A DNA stretch of 64,000 bases, from the IMG/VR virus record IMGVR_UViG_3300020578_000006, positions 124,001 to 188,000 of that record; one strand, written 5' to 3'. Shown here one piece after another: positions 9,145 to 18,497 of this stretch (its first letter is position 1; every line of letters begins with the position of its first letter). Made by a program: the position numbers and the translations under genes. The notes beneath the pieces are model-generated. The model was not told the origin of the DNA and did not search any database. It was given only the letters and a program-made list of their open reading frames with translations.

Positions 9145-9972
9145 TTACAACGTTACAGCCTCCTTCTCACTATTAAAATTGTTCAAATATATATCACACT
9201 CAAACGGGGTAAGATTATTGATTGAATTAAGATCTATTCCTAATTTAGATAATAAAAAGTATTTTTTCTTATAAAAATTTTGTGCATAAGGAATAAAAAT
9301 TGCTTTTAAAAAATCAAATAATGTGTTATCTATAATATCAAATCTTACTGAATAAAATTCTTTGAGATTCTTATCATTTTTAAGAATATGTAAAGTATTA
9401 TAAAGACTTCTATATTTTTCTAAATGCTCTTTTAATTCATTTACTACATCCACAGGAATACTGTTAAAGAATCTTATTTTTTTATCTGTAGAAAATGCCT
9501 TAGGATAATATTTTTTATTATTCATATATACTCTAAAGATGTTTTCAAAGATATAATTTTCAGTATATAAATCTTTGGATGTTTTAAATTCTATTTTTAA
9601 ATCATCTAATTCTAATGTGGGTATTTCGTCCATTCCAATTTCAGATAAATTTGTTAAAGTATCAAATAAGCTAAAAGAAGCTAAGCATGGATTATTTTGT
9701 TGATCTTTTAAATTATAATGTAACATACTAGAGATAGAACTGGCCCTTAAAAACGTCAATATAAACCATTTATCAAATTTTGTTAATTTAGAATATATTT
9801 CTTTTTGAACTAAATTTTCTAGAACTATTTCATTGAATACAGAATTAATATTCTCATTATCTTCATTTAGCATATATTTGGTTAATACTTCCAATTGATA
9901 CATTTTTAATTCTGCTAATTTAAAATAATTTTTTAAGCTAGGAACCCAGCAATTGAGATAAAAGCTATTCAT
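9145..9972 (-). CDS. Hypothetical baseplate hub assembly protein (gp26/gp51-like position)
   Basis: 275-aa ORF in the tail operon; TAATG overlap with the upstream gene. Confidence 0.45.
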   Translation of the reverse strand: MNSFYLNCWVPSLKNYFKLAELKMYQLEVLTKYMLNEDNENINSVFNEIVLENLVQKEIYSKLTKFDKWFILTFLRASSISSMLHYNLKDQQNNPCLASFSLFDTLTNLSEIGMDEIPTLELDDLKIEFKTSKDLYTENYIFENIFRVYMNNKKYYPKAFSTDKKIRFFNSIPVDVVNELKEHLEKYRSLYNTLHILKNDKNLKEFYSVRFDIIDNTLFDFLKAIFIPYAQNFYKKKYFLLSKLGIDLNSINNLTPFECDIYLNNFNSEKEAVTL

Positions 9973-10910
9973 TAAAAGAATCCAGCAGGGTTAAGAACGC
10001 GAGTGGCAGCGTCTTGTAAAGGTGATACTTGGGGAGTATAGCTACCATTAATAATGCCGCTGACGTTGTTAATAATATCGGCAAGAGGAAAATACATACT
10101 GTTTTCTACTGTATAATTTGTGTACGCAAAATTTACATCATAAATTATTGCTTGGTCTGGCTCTCTGTAATCTAAATTTATATTGTTAATAAGTGTAGGT
10201 ACACAATTATAAAACTTATATACTTTTCTAGGTATTTGGCTTATGTTTTGATAGCTTCTCGTATAGCAAAGCAGTGTAATATTACACTTAATATTTCTGT
10301 AATCCTTTTGACCAGGTATATCGTTTGGGTATGCAACCATTCCTAAATGGCTAGCCAAAATAACCCAAGGCCTGAATACATTATCTACAATACTAGTATT
10401 GGTTTCAAGAAATCCTAATCTTAGTGGCGTTTGCGAATATCCTGTTCTATTTTCTGACATAACACCTTGCACAAACCCTCTGCTTTTACCGGTAGTACCA
10501 ATTGTTATGTCTCGAGTTGTAAAGGTTTCCTGGGGTATCATCGCAGTTTGGGCGAACACACACCCAATAACTTTTTGAAATGGAAAACTTGTTAATAATA
10601 TTTTTGCTTGATCAATATCATACCCTCTCTTACCTCCATCTGTTCGTTCCAATCTTTGTAATAGTTGAGAATTTAGCGCTCTCGGAAAAGAGTCAATAAC
10701 TGCGATCCATTGCGATTGTAAAGGTATACTTGTAAGCCAGCTTTGAAGTTGAAGTAGGAAATAATCTCTTGTACTGATTAGCGGTACACCGGGTATATTA
10801 AAACCCAGTAAATTAGTAATTTGAGGTTCAGATAAAGGGTTAGTACCGCGGCCGATACCTAAAACGTTATTAGTAAGACCTTGAAAGGCATTAGTAATAG
10901 GGTTATTCAT
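9972..10910 (-). CDS. Tail-tube-fold baseplate protein (gp54-like tube initiator)
   Basis: LRLGFLETN...FRPW...YKFYNCVP...YDVNFAY gp19/gp54-family pattern; own late promoter. Confidence 0.6.
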   Translation of the reverse strand: MNNPITNAFQGLTNNVLGIGRGTNPLSEPQITNLLGFNIPGVPLISTRDYFLLQLQSWLTSIPLQSQWIAVIDSFPRALNSQLLQRLERTDGGKRGYDIDQAKILLTSFPFQKVIGCVFAQTAMIPQETFTTRDITIGTTGKSRGFVQGVMSENRTGYSQTPLRLGFLETNTSIVDNVFRPWVILASHLGMVAYPNDIPGQKDYRNIKCNITLLCYTRSYQNISQIPRKVYKFYNCVPTLINNINLDYREPDQAIIYDVNFAYTNYTVENSMYFPLADIINNVSGIINGSYTPQVSPLQDAATRVLNPAGFF

Positions 10911-10916
10911 CCCTAT

Positions 10917-10924
10917 TATTTATA
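10917..10924 (-). promoter_or_regulatory. Late promoter TATAAATA
   Basis: 6 nt before ATG 10910. Confidence 0.8.
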
Positions 10925-10936
10925 ATACAGATTTAA

Positions 10937-11482
10937 TTATGACTTACGAATGAAGTAATGATATGCCAAACCAACATCAAATGTAACGACATCACCCTTA
11001 CCACTAGAGAAATCATACTTAATACCACCAACTTCTCTAATACTAACACCAACAAGCTGATATTGAGCTACTTTTTCCATCTGTGAATCTAGTTGAACTA
11101 AGTCAATAGTGCTAGATTGGGTAGGTGTAAAATAGTTACCAGTGCTGTTAGTATCATTAAATGTATCGCGAGTCCAATCTTCAAACTTCTGTCTAAGATT
11201 GTTTTTAGCATCATTATAGAATGTTAATTGATAGTTTGCACTGTTGGGGTAGTTTACAACACCTGGAATATTGAAATTTAACCCCATGTAAGTTGTTGTA
11301 ACATTATTAATGGCACGCGCAGGTAGAGAAGCAGATCTAGCATACACTAGATCATCTTCACCAAATGTCTGTGTTGTGCCGCCTGGAGATATACTAAGCA
11401 CTCTAAAATGAATATCGCGTTGAAAGTCACGCGCAGAAGCTACTCTGTAAAAATCAGCAATTAATTGTTTTACGGCTGCCAT
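10937..11482 (-). CDS. gp19: Tail tube protein gp19
   Basis: ARSASLP...YMGLNFNIPG...LRQKFEDW...FDVGLAYHYF; directly downstream of gp18. Confidence 0.88.
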   Translation of the reverse strand: MAAVKQLIADFYRVASARDFQRDIHFRVLSISPGGTTQTFGEDDLVYARSASLPARAINNVTTTYMGLNFNIPGVVNYPNSANYQLTFYNDAKNNLRQKFEDWTRDTFNDTNSTGNYFTPTQSSTIDLVQLDSQMEKVAQYQLVGVSIREVGGIKYDFSSGKGDVVTFDVGLAYHYFIRKS

Positions 11483-11489
11483 AATGTAT

Positions 11490-11497
11490 TATTTATT
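11490..11497 (-). promoter_or_regulatory. Late promoter AATAAATA (gp19)
   Basis: 7 nt before ATG 11482. Confidence 0.65.
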
Positions 11498-11509
11498 CTC
11501 CATTATATT

Positions 11510-13900
11510 TTACGCTAGTAACTCCTGGAAGTTTTGACTTGTACGGGTAGCATAGAAGCTTACCAAGATAAACTCTGCTGTGCGTACTGGCTTGAGGTAG
11601 ATGTCCACCTTTAGCTCATTATTGTCAATTACATCAGGTGTATTGTTACGCTCATCACATATGATAAGGTAGTCATAAACACCTTCTGTATTCTTAGCAT
11701 TTTCAAAGATTGGTGTAATTGTATTTACAACTTGGGTACGCGTAAATAGTGTGTTAGGTTCAAACACGAAGTATTTAACCGTATCGCGTGTTGCAATTTC
11801 AAGATTTAAGAACAATCTACGCACATTAATACGATCAAACGCACTAGGTTTCTTTAAAAGTGTTTTCTGACCGTATATTACAAATCCTTCTACAGGGAAG
11901 AAAGCAACTGGATTTAAGCCAATCTTGTAAAGTTGATCTCTTTGCTTCATCTTTGGATATACACCAAGATCATTAACCCCTACTAATACCCCACGAGTAA
12001 ACCCAGCAGGGGCAAACCATGGCTGGAAGTTAGCATCTGTATTCCCCATAGCAGCAGCTGCAAAGCCACTAAATGGTACCCAAACTTGTCTATTTGTTAC
12101 TGGATCTAATACTTGAGCAACATTGGCGTATGTACAAGCATAGCTGGTATCGGTTAGTCCAAACTGATGTCTTAGCGGCCAGTAAATATGTTGACTAAAG
12201 TTAGTATTTGAAAATCCAGCTGCAGATGGATTTGGATCTAAACCAGCATTTGGACCAAATAGCTTAGCTGTATTGATAATCTTATTATTGTCACCCTGGA
12301 CAAAAATGTGTCTTAAGGCATCTAGAATAACCAAGAAATCTTTTCTTTGATTTTGAGCTTGATTAACAAATATACTAGCTACTGCATTGTAGTTAGCTCT
12401 AATAGCCAAGCCTTCTTCAGTAAGATTTTCACTGTTTGTTGTGTAAAACGCGCTTAATGCATTAAATGGTGTATTATCAATGTACGGACCGCACGCAGAA
12501 AGAGGTTTTCCAGCAAGTACTGATTGATTTGCAACATGCGCAAATATACTACCTAAGCCAGCTTCACAAGCAATATTAATTGGATGAAGATCTGGGTTTT
12601 CGACTAATTCAAACACTCTTTCAAGTTTTTGAGGTAGATTGCCGATGTCTTTATTAATAGCAATGGTATCAGTATAAACACCGAGGGGGAACAAGGAGTT
12701 TGTTGCACCGTTATCTGTTAAAGCTTGTTGTGCGTCTGCTGATGCAACACCAACACGGGTAATGTAGCTTGTGTTAGTATCTACAAAGCCAGGTACGTTG
12801 AAAGGTGATACTAGTCTTGGAGAGAGCATTCTTACCTTCTTCGTAGGAATACCATCACCGCCAAGCCATGTTGTACGGTTTTTGTTACTCAAGAAAGGAT
12901 TAACAAGAACTCTGATATTGGGTGAGTTTTGAGTGACGCTACCTAAGAAAAAGCTCTTTGCTGGTCCACCATTAGAATCAGCAATTTGTCTGTGATAGTC
13001 TAGTGAACCGACATAGCTCTCAGTAAGAACATAATCAAGAGCAATTACATCGGGTGAGAATACAGATTGACGTAGTTTAAATATTCCTAATGACAATGTA
13101 TCGTCGTACTCACGGGGGCTTAGATCGTAGTTAGAGATATTTTCCATTACTTCGCTAACGCTTGTACCGTCACCAAACTTAGTTGCACTTAGGGCAAAAT
13201 TTAATCTAGGTCTTGGAATATTTACGTAATTATAAACTGCTGTACTATTTGTACCGATACCCTGTACACCTAAAACACCATCAAAGGGAGTAGCAGGGTT
13301 GTTATTATTGTTATCAGTTAGTGCAACATAATAACCTTCAAACTTGTTGTTAACAGAAGTTTGAGATCTATTTAAAATAATTAGCCCCGCGCCTCCTAGT
13401 TTATCAAAAGTAAACGAAGGGGGTGATGTTAAAACTGTACTCGGATCATCAACCCAATTGATATCATCGTTTAATAAAGCTTGATATTGTTCTATGCTTA
13501 ATTCAAGATGAGTTGGTTTTCCAAACATGTAAACTGTATTTTCTGATAAACTCGTATTGATAGTGCCATAAGGCGCGGCCGGGTAAACTAAAGCACTGTA
13601 TTTCCATTCTGCAAAACCTTCACCTTTAGCAGTGCCGTAAGGTAGTCTGGAAACCTTTAGTTGAACTGGTGACTGTAGAACAGCCTTTACTGTATGGTAG
13701 AAATATCTTTCAGCCGCATTTGTTGGTGTACCGTAAATTTGTTCAAATTCGCTAATACTTGTAGGTTGAAGTACTTCGTCAACAGGTCCTTGATTAGAAA
13801 ACCCTGTGATAAAAACACTTGTACCTTGATTAACAACTGGTCTTAGTGTTAAATCTACTTCTCTAATTTCTACACCTGGACTTTGTATTGTTCTTGCCAT
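11510..13900 (-). CDS. gp18: Tail sheath protein gp18
   Basis: SPGVEIREVDLT N-terminus; PWFAPAG, SAFDRINVRRLF, FEPN and IYLKPVRTAEFI sheath motifs. Confidence 0.96.
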   Translation of the reverse strand: MARTIQSPGVEIREVDLTLRPVVNQGTSVFITGFSNQGPVDEVLQPTSISEFEQIYGTPTNAAERYFYHTVKAVLQSPVQLKVSRLPYGTAKGEGFAEWKYSALVYPAAPYGTINTSLSENTVYMFGKPTHLELSIEQYQALLNDDINWVDDPSTVLTSPPSFTFDKLGGAGLIILNRSQTSVNNKFEGYYVALTDNNNNNPATPFDGVLGVQGIGTNSTAVYNYVNIPRPRLNFALSATKFGDGTSVSEVMENISNYDLSPREYDDTLSLGIFKLRQSVFSPDVIALDYVLTESYVGSLDYHRQIADSNGGPAKSFFLGSVTQNSPNIRVLVNPFLSNKNRTTWLGGDGIPTKKVRMLSPRLVSPFNVPGFVDTNTSYITRVGVASADAQQALTDNGATNSLFPLGVYTDTIAINKDIGNLPQKLERVFELVENPDLHPINIACEAGLGSIFAHVANQSVLAGKPLSACGPYIDNTPFNALSAFYTTNSENLTEEGLAIRANYNAVASIFVNQAQNQRKDFLVILDALRHIFVQGDNNKIINTAKLFGPNAGLDPNPSAAGFSNTNFSQHIYWPLRHQFGLTDTSYACTYANVAQVLDPVTNRQVWVPFSGFAAAAMGNTDANFQPWFAPAGFTRGVLVGVNDLGVYPKMKQRDQLYKIGLNPVAFFPVEGFVIYGQKTLLKKPSAFDRINVRRLFLNLEIATRDTVKYFVFEPNTLFTRTQVVNTITPIFENAKNTEGVYDYLIICDERNNTPDVIDNNELKVDIYLKPVRTAEFILVSFYATRTSQNFQELLA

Positions 13901-13901
13901 A

Positions 13902-13937
13902 TTAGATTAAACCTCCAAGAGAAACTTTTTGACTCAT
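13902..13937 (-). other. 11-aa upstream mini-ORF MSQKVSLGGLI containing GGAGGT, ending 1 nt before the gp18 ATG
   Basis: ATG AGT CAA AAA GTT TCT CTT GGA GGT TTA ATC TAA T ATG read directly; 8 nt after a CATAAATA box. Confidence 0.45.
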
Positions 13938-13945
13938 ATCATTTA

Positions 13946-13953
13946 TATTTATG
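13946..13953 (-). promoter_or_regulatory. Late promoter CATAAATA (gp18 leader)
   Basis: 45 nt upstream of the gp18 ATG. Confidence 0.65.
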
Positions 13954-13991
13954 TGTTGTGCTGCTAACTTTTACAAAATTTTTATTCTTTT

Positions 13992-14576
13992 TTATAAAAG
14001 TGTCATCTTTAACTGATGATAAGCAAACTGAAAGCCACATTCCATTTCATTAGGGTCTCTATCATTATAATTAACACCCTCTAGACCTATAGGAAACGAA
14101 CGAATATAGTCAAATTTTACTGTTCTTTTATTGTATTCGTCCAAGCCATATATAGAGATGTCTGTCATATATTCTGGTGTATTAGAGTCTATATTAGGGT
14201 TTTTTGGGTCAAAAATACCTGTTGTGGCATTATTGAATATATCTAGCCATTTGTAAAGCACCCAATAGTTGTTAAATTGATTATCAACTGTAAAGCTTAC
14301 CTTAAGACTTGGAAAATCTGGTCTTGCATAAGAAGTTACCTTGAGTGTTTGTCCAGAATAAGGAAGTAAGACCGGTGGAACCTCTATAGGAGGTGCAACC
14401 GCACCCCATATACTAAACTGTAAAGTATTAAAATTTACTACGGAATTTCTTCTTGCAATCTCTGCAACTTTATCTTTTAAAATTGTAGGAATGGTTAGAA
14501 CCAAAATAAATTTATCCCTACGCTGCTTGTTAAAAGGGCTTTGAAAAATTGGAGTCTGATTTACAGGGGTCGCCAC
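13992..14576 (-). CDS. Tail completion / tube terminator (gp3-like, gp19 fold)
   Basis: KFILVL...PYSGQTLKV...LKVSFTVDNQFNNYWVLYKWL...FPIGLEGVNY; GTG start. Confidence 0.65.
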   Translation of the reverse strand: MATPVNQTPIFQSPFNKQRRDKFILVLTIPTILKDKVAEIARRNSVVNFNTLQFSIWGAVAPPIEVPPVLLPYSGQTLKVTSYARPDFPSLKVSFTVDNQFNNYWVLYKWLDIFNNATTGIFDPKNPNIDSNTPEYMTDISIYGLDEYNKRTVKFDYIRSFPIGLEGVNYNDRDPNEMECGFQFAYHQLKMTLL

Positions 14577-16306
14577 GGATTATTTATACCTTTACTCGGA
14601 TCTCCCGGAAAATACCACCCCTGTTGTCTTAGGTCTTCTATTTCTGCATCTACAATTGGCATCTTGTCATCCATTACAACAGGTAAAATACTATTGTCGT
14701 TATTTTCTAATTTTTCATTTGAGTATACGCTAAACGGACTTATTACGCCTTTAATACCGTAATCTAGGCTCTTAATAACTTGTGGCCTGTCACAAGCGTC
14801 AAGAGATACAACATCAAAATATCTAACACATATTTCATTTTCCAATGCCATTAACGCCCATATTAATGCCATCACTCTATCATCCCAACTATCGGATCCC
14901 GGTCTTGCACCCCACGTATTATTCGGGTATCTAATAAAACTTTTTAATTCTCTCAAGGTATACGTATCACGAAGCTTTACAGCTTTAAGCTCGTTAACCC
15001 AATATCTCATATTCATTACCCCTCTATATTTGGTATTGGTATGAGAGTATATTCCTAACCGTTTTATTTTTTGAATATTATTTTCACCTGCTTTTGACCC
15101 CCACGATACTATATTTTCATATCTGTGAGTAAATTTTAATTGCTCTACTACTTGTGCACCACAACTATTTCTTTCTATTAATACAGGGGGTCTGCCCCAT
15201 TGATTCAAAACTTCCAGTAATTTGGCCGTAAACGAAAAAGGAATTGTATCTCTAGTATGATATATTGCTACCTGCTCTATAGACGTAAGATCTGTAACAT
15301 CCAAAATTTGAATTACACTTGCTGCCTCTCCGACCCCCTCGCTGATATCAACCCCAACTACATATAATCTTTCTTCTTTAGGTTCTTCCCAAACCAAATA
15401 TCTACCCTCATCAAATATAAATTCTGGCTCTCTTATTTCCCGGCTCAAAACCCCGAAAAGAGCTTCATCTACTGAACTTTCCCCTCCATGCAAAAATTCA
15501 TTTCCAAACTCTTGTGCAAACGCCTCCTGGCTTCCTAATGTCTTAATTGTATCGTTTTTCCATTTTTCATCTCTTCCGGGAATTTCCCACCAATCAATTC
15601 TTTCTGATTTCCAGTTATTATCTCCCGATTGTGCTCCAGCATATAGTTGATAAAATAAATTATCCGTTCCATTTGGAGTACTTGCTATAAAAATTTTAGA
15701 TTTTTTTGAACTTGAAATAATTGGATAGACAGATTCCCAGAATTTTTCTACAATATGATTATCGATAAAAGCCAACTCATCAAGAATAAGACAATTACAA
15801 CTATCACCTCTACCTGCATCACTACTTGTTGTACTAATACCAATACTACTACCATTAGTTAGAGTCATACTTGTCTGCCCATATTCTACAACTCCTGGTT
15901 TTAAAAAGTTAGGTAACATTTCATAAGCCATTCTAACTCTTTTAAAGATGTTTTTTGCAGTTTGTTCTTTATTAGCAACAATCAAAATTCTCTGATCGTC
16001 ATTAAAACATGCATTCCATAAACAATAAATGGTCATTAAAGTTGTTTTACCTATCTGTCTAGAAGCAAGTAATATTACAAACCTACCGTCTCTTAAACTT
16101 CTAAGAATTCTCTTTTGACAAGAATATAGCTTAATTTTTTCTTTTCCTCTATCTAGATTAATAATGTAGAAGTAATTTTCTGCAAAATGTAATAAGTTTT
16201 TCTTACATTTTTTTAATTCACTTATCATTTCTGCCGTATACTCATGCTTAGTATTGACGGTTGGTAATCTTTCATTACCTAGATAAAATTTCTCTTTTTT
16301 CTCCAT
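14561..16306 (-). CDS. gp17: Terminase large subunit gp17
   Basis: ASRQIGKT Walker A, LILDELAF Walker B, STPNG, FAQEF, VGVDISEG and DDRVMAL nuclease motifs. Confidence 0.97.
   Translation of the reverse strand: MEKKEKFYLGNERLPTVNTKHEYTAEMISELKKCKKNLLHFAENYFYIINLDRGKEKIKLYSCQKRILRSLRDGRFVILLASRQIGKTTLMTIYCLWNACFNDDQRILIVANKEQTAKNIFKRVRMAYEMLPNFLKPGVVEYGQTSMTLTNGSSIGISTTSSDAGRGDSCNCLILDELAFIDNHIVEKFWESVYPIISSSKKSKIFIASTPNGTDNLFYQLYAGAQSGDNNWKSERIDWWEIPGRDEKWKNDTIKTLGSQEAFAQEFGNEFLHGGESSVDEALFGVLSREIREPEFIFDEGRYLVWEEPKEERLYVVGVDISEGVGEAASVIQILDVTDLTSIEQVAIYHTRDTIPFSFTAKLLEVLNQWGRPPVLIERNSCGAQVVEQLKFTHRYENIVSWGSKAGENNIQKIKRLGIYSHTNTKYRGVMNMRYWVNELKAVKLRDTYTLRELKSFIRYPNNTWGARPGSDSWDDRVMALIWALMALENEICVRYFDVVSLDACDRPQVIKSLDYGIKGVISPFSVYSNEKLENNDNSILPVVMDDKMPIVDAEIEDLRQQGWYFPGDPSKGINNPWRPL
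14581..14588 (-). promoter_or_regulatory. Late promoter TATAAATA
   Basis: 4 nt before GTG 14576. Confidence 0.8.
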
Positions 16307-16312
16307 TTAATA

Positions 16313-16320
16313 TATTTAGA
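16313..16320 (-). promoter_or_regulatory. Variant late promoter TCTAAATA (gp17)
   Basis: 6 nt before ATG 16306; one mismatch. Confidence 0.45.
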
Positions 16321-16322
16321 GG

Positions 16323-16330
16323 TATAAATA
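16323..16330 (+). promoter_or_regulatory. Late promoter TATAAATA
   Basis: 5 nt before ATG 16336. Confidence 0.8.
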
Positions 16331-16335
16331 GATAT

Positions 16336-17280
16336 ATGACAAGAGTAAAAAGTATCAGCGATATTAGTCAGGTATATGAACAAATGTTAGAATCTAAAAA
16401 GGCTGATCAAACAAATACTCAGGAAGTAGTTGAGGAAAAAGCAGTTAAAAAGCTAGAATCATTTCCAAAAGCTACAGATAAAAAGGTTAACGTGGCAAAG
16501 ATTATGGCCAAGGGGTCTGATAAAAATGCTTTTGCACATAAAGATTCTGGGCCAGAGGCTGTATTAGGTGTTAATAAGAAAATTGTCGATCCAAAGACAG
16601 CAAAAAAGAATAATTACTTTGAACCAGAAAAATTTTCAGATAATACTAGAAAATTAGCTAAAGAGAATATAAATAATCATATGAAGTCAATTTTTGATAA
16701 ACTATATGAAGATGTAATTGGTAGCGACAAGCTCGATATCGGCTTACAAGCCGGTCCAGAAGGTGAAGCTACAGATGCTAAGGACCTCGATCTTAGCGGC
16801 GGTAGTGAAGATACCGTTACAGTAAAGCTTGATAGAGATTTAGCTCAAAAATTACATGATGCTCTTATGGATGTTCTTGGTGGTGAAGAAGAGCACGGTG
16901 ATGAAGATCTTGGTGATGAAGCCGCTCCTCTAGAAGATAAGGAAGAGGCTGAAGAAAAGAAGGAAGATAAGAAAGACGAAGCTGAAGAGGCTGAAGAAAA
17001 GAAGGAAGATAAGAAAGAAGTTGCCGGTGAAGGTACTGATCTTAAAGAAGTCTCCCCTAAGGCTGGTCAGTCTCTAGTAGGCCATGGCACAACACATGCT
17101 GGTAAAGTACCTACTGTTGGTAAGATCCGCGCTTCTGGCGGTAAGGCTAGCGGTGATGTAGCTGGTGTAGTTGATGGTAAGGGCAAAACCTTATCTCCCG
17201 CTGGTGGTCATGGCTTGACAAAGCCTGGTAGCATTAATGTAGGTGCTGCTGGTTACAAAGTTGGCGATTTTTTTAAATAA
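16336..17280 (+). CDS. Acidic, putatively abundant head core/internal protein (long form)
   Basis: Start moved from 16261 to ATG 16336; Glu/Lys-rich centre, Gly-rich C-terminus; followed by a terminator. Confidence 0.65.
   Translation: MTRVKSISDISQVYEQMLESKKADQTNTQEVVEEKAVKKLESFPKATDKKVNVAKIMAKGSDKNAFAHKDSGPEAVLGVNKKIVDPKTAKKNNYFEPEKFSDNTRKLAKENINNHMKSIFDKLYEDVIGSDKLDIGLQAGPEGEATDAKDLDLSGGSEDTVTVKLDRDLAQKLHDALMDVLGGEEEHGDEDLGDEAAPLEDKEEAEEKKEDKKDEAEEAEEKKEDKKEVAGEGTDLKEVSPKAGQSLVGHGTTHAGKVPTVGKIRASGGKASGDVAGVVDGKGKTLSPAGGHGLTKPGSINVGAAGYKVGDFFK
16668..16675 (+). promoter_or_regulatory. Internal late promoter TATAAATA
   Basis: Exact box inside the CDS, 5 nt before in-frame ATG 16681. Confidence 0.7.
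16681..17280 (+). CDS. Nested in-frame short form (199 aa, MKSIFDKLYE...)
   Basis: 16681-16336 = 345 nt (in frame); own late box and L-x-E N-terminus. Confidence 0.5.
   Translation: MKSIFDKLYEDVIGSDKLDIGLQAGPEGEATDAKDLDLSGGSEDTVTVKLDRDLAQKLHDALMDVLGGEEEHGDEDLGDEAAPLEDKEEAEEKKEDKKDEAEEAEEKKEDKKEVAGEGTDLKEVSPKAGQSLVGHGTTHAGKVPTVGKIRASGGKASGDVAGVVDGKGKTLSPAGGHGLTKPGSINVGAAGYKVGDFFK
16942..17018 (+). repeat. 35-nt direct repeat, period 42 nt (EEAEEKKEDKK x2)
   Basis: gaagaggctgaagaaaagaaggaagataagaaaga at 16942 and 16984. Confidence 0.85.
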
Positions 17281-17302
17281 TTTAAAAGTAGCTTAAATAG
17301 AG

Positions 17303-17328
17303 AAGCCGTCAGTAATGACGGCTTTTTT
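17303..17328 (+). terminator. Rho-independent terminator
   Basis: Stem AAGCCGTCA / TGACGGCTT, GTAA loop, T tract. Confidence 0.88.
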
Positions 17329-17330
17329 AT

Positions 17331-17338
17331 TATAAATA
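17331..17338 (+). promoter_or_regulatory. Late promoter TATAAATA
   Basis: 5 nt before GTG 17344. Confidence 0.8.
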
Positions 17339-17343
17339 ACATT

Positions 17344-17745
17344 GTGAGTCTCTTCGAAAAAGTATTTGTATCGCTTCTCGAAAAAGAATTAATAAATTCG
17401 GCCGCTACCTGGAATACCGGTATTATGCCAATTCATTATACCCCTCCACCCAAACCATTTCGACCTATGAATCCAGATAAACCAAGAGAAAGACATAGAA
17501 AAATTATTAAAGATCCTAAATTTAGAAAAAATGTTCAAACAGTACCTGACATGCACAAGGCAGATCCTACAGCAATAAGTGCGGTTACTAACGCAAGAGG
17601 TCAAAAATTATCTGAAGACGAATTAAAGCAAATATGTAGTAAGTATGGTATTTCTAGGCTTAACTCTAATTCACCTAAAAGCTTAGGTAATACAGGTAAA
17701 GTTTTAAAGTTTAGTCCAGAAATACAAGGATATGTAATTCAATGA
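17344..17745 (+). CDS. Hypothetical late protein (MSLFEKVFVSLLE)
   Basis: ORF with late promoter; ATGA-coupled to gp14. Confidence 0.6.
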   Translation: MSLFEKVFVSLLEKELINSAATWNTGIMPIHYTPPPKPFRPMNPDKPRERHRKIIKDPKFRKNVQTVPDMHKADPTAISAVTNARGQKLSEDELKQICSKYGISRLNSNSPKSLGNTGKVLKFSPEIQGYVIQ

Positions 17746-18497
17746 GCATGGACAAATATACGGGGGTAAATTGTATTAGAAAATACCCCCTACAATATAC
17801 TACAAGCACGCTCCGATTTACAGATAAAGAAAACAATGAGTGTGAACGTCAATTATACAGCAATTACTGGAGAGAACAAATTGACCTTTACGGGCAAAAA
17901 GTTTTGTATTATAGACATACATACGACACTTTAAGTGCAGATAATATTTACGGGGAAATGCCATTAGCAAAATTCGAAGAGCCAAAATCCTTTATAATGT
18001 CAATAAGGTTAACAGAAAATGCATTAGTATTAAGTAAATTTGGATTTCAAAGTGACGATCAAGTTACAGCATATGTCCATATAAGTTCTTTTTACGCGGT
18101 TTACCCACCCAACATAGAACCTAAAGCTGGTGATGTTTTCAAGTTAGTAGAATATGGGAGTGATAGACCTGGGGAGCGGGACGGTAAAATGTTTGAAATA
18201 ACTGAACGTGTTGATGAAGATAACTCTCAAATAAACCCATTAATGGGCCATTACGTTTGGATGTTAAAGGCTAAGCGCTTTGATTATTCATTTGAGCCTA
18301 ATATTCAATTTGAAAAAGGAAGCAACCAAGTACAAGACACCCCAAAATATGGCACATTAAGCGCAGCTTTTACAACTCTACCTGGTTCTTTTGTTCAAAG
18401 AACAAGCAGTTACCCCGGTGATGCAAACACCACTAGCAAGGATAGAGTCTTTAATATGGATGTAAACGAAACGCTGGAATACGGCGGTTATTATTAA
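17742..18497 (+). CDS. gp14: Neck / head completion protein gp14
   Basis: EQIDLYGQKVLYY, IYGE...KFE, FGFQSDD, PKAGD, FEITE and YVWMLKAKRFDYS neck-protein pattern. Confidence 0.8.
   Translation: MSMDKYTGVNCIRKYPLQYTTSTLRFTDKENNECERQLYSNYWREQIDLYGQKVLYYRHTYDTLSADNIYGEMPLAKFEEPKSFIMSIRLTENALVLSKFGFQSDDQVTAYVHISSFYAVYPPNIEPKAGDVFKLVEYGSDRPGERDGKMFEITERVDEDNSQINPLMGHYVWMLKAKRFDYSFEPNIQFEKGSNQVQDTPKYGTLSAAFTTLPGSFVQRTSSYPGDANTTSKDRVFNMDVNETLEYGGYY

Noticed and set aside
7055-9225. Plus-strand ORFs 7055..7357, 7566..7883, 8596..8985, 8601..8816 and 8989..9225
   Set aside because: Antisense shadows of low-complexity baseplate genes.
16261-16335. N-terminal extension of ORF 16261..17280
   Set aside because: Overlaps the gp17 start and both divergent promoters; ATG 16336 follows the late box.
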